Part shown: positions 62,858 to 64,000 of the stretch, in pieces
Position numbering within the stretch: position 1 is the stretch's first letter
Layout: every line of letters begins with the position of its first letter
Source: Phoronis australis
Taxonomy: Eukaryota > Animalia > Phoronida
DNA length: 64,000 bases
Assembly (NCBI GenBank): GCA_002633005.1
Contig: NMRA01000024.1
Location: forward strand, 1,619,177-1,683,176
Direction of reading: 5' to 3'
Position numbers and translations under genes: made by a program
The notes under the pieces: model-generated
The model's database searches: none
Told to the model about the DNA's origin: nothing
Seen by the model: the letters and a program-made list of their open reading frames with translations, nothing else

Positions 62858-64000
62858 GATGGTAGTAATTACAATATGATGACATTGACCTACACATGAT
62901 TTAGGTATCGTTTGATTCCTTGCAACGTTATTCTTCCAAAAATATATGAATGTATCCCCTACCGCGTTTCCTACGTATTTTATCGTCGAATTTCCTGGTT
63001 TACACTGCTGTGTTAGCTCAACTCAAGATTACAGCGACACCTGTTCTTAATGAATGTAACAGCATCATTGATTCTGAATGGTGTTTGCCCGCGCGAGATT
63101 CCCGCTAAAGTTTTCCTGACATAAATTGAGGACAAGTAGCAGCATTTCACATTTTCCAATTTTTTATAATTGTGACTATTTGACAATTTTTCCACAATAT
63201 TGTCTGAAGTGATAGGCCTACCCTTTTCACCAATTTGGACCTCAAAAACAACCTTCGCTTTTTTCACGGATTCTTGCTAGCAGATGCGTACCATTGTCGC
63301 CATAGGATCGAATTCGAACCCTTGTGATCGTAACTCGGGCAGGGGATAGACAGTTCTCGGTCAATTTGAACTTATGAAAAGCGACGATCTGCAAAATTCA
63401 GTAGATTAGTTCAGTTTTTGACCGATGGGGGGACTCCTTCCATTCAACATAGCGATATTACTACCAAGTGCCGGTAAATAGTGCAAGAAGAAATTTCACG
63501 ATAAAATACTAAGGGAAGGGGATAGGAAAAAATTCTGTGTATTTTTAGAAATATAACTATGCAAGGAATCGAACGATACCAAAATCTTGTGTGTAAGTCA
63601 ATGTCGTCATATTGTACACAATTACCCAGACGGTGATCTTGTAGAGCCTCCATACCCCATAAAATTTCTGGCAAATAGTTGCTATAAGTACCTTTTGAGC
63701 TGCATAGACCCAATTCACGCGGCGGACATTAAATTCCAAAACGAGGCTCATTACGATAAACAAAGTGGAAGTTGACATTGCGTGAGTTAAATAGTCGGTC
63801 TTTAGAGTCCAACCTGGATATAAAATTTGAATAATGTGTCGACAATTAACCACAGAGACGTAAAAATTACATTAGAGAACATGTTAAGGTGCCAAAGAGT
63901 TGTCTGACGAAAGGGTTTAAATTTTTTCGGAAAATTAGGTTCGAAACATGAAAAGTAAATATGACCAAATTGCGGCGATCGTAGTGTTACAGATTGGGTA

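Overview
AT-rich, repeat-dense eukaryotic genomic DNA, probably a marine invertebrate animal (inferred from spliceosomal introns and the transposon repertoire), with two N-gaps (17468-18045, 34035-34796) and several single-N joins. The only host-type gene I can support is a five-exon, minus-strand gene (6051-12836) encoding a secreted prepro M4 zinc metallopeptidase of the bacterial pseudolysin/vibriolysin type. It is probably an intron-acquired horizontal transfer, and it has an apparent 1-nt frameshift just after the ATG and unusual active-site substitutions. The other identifiable features are mobile DNA and tandem repeats. These include an RTE LINE, two Penelope-like remnants (one with hammerhead motifs), three Helentron-type HINE copies with CTCF-like motifs about every 150 bp, a gag-only LTR element with nested Sola3, Kolobok and MULE-type insertions, pogo-like and small MITEs, and a complete 537-bp TRIM whose LTRs embed a tRNA-like Pol III cassette. 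All family assignments come from motif recognition by eye, not database searches.
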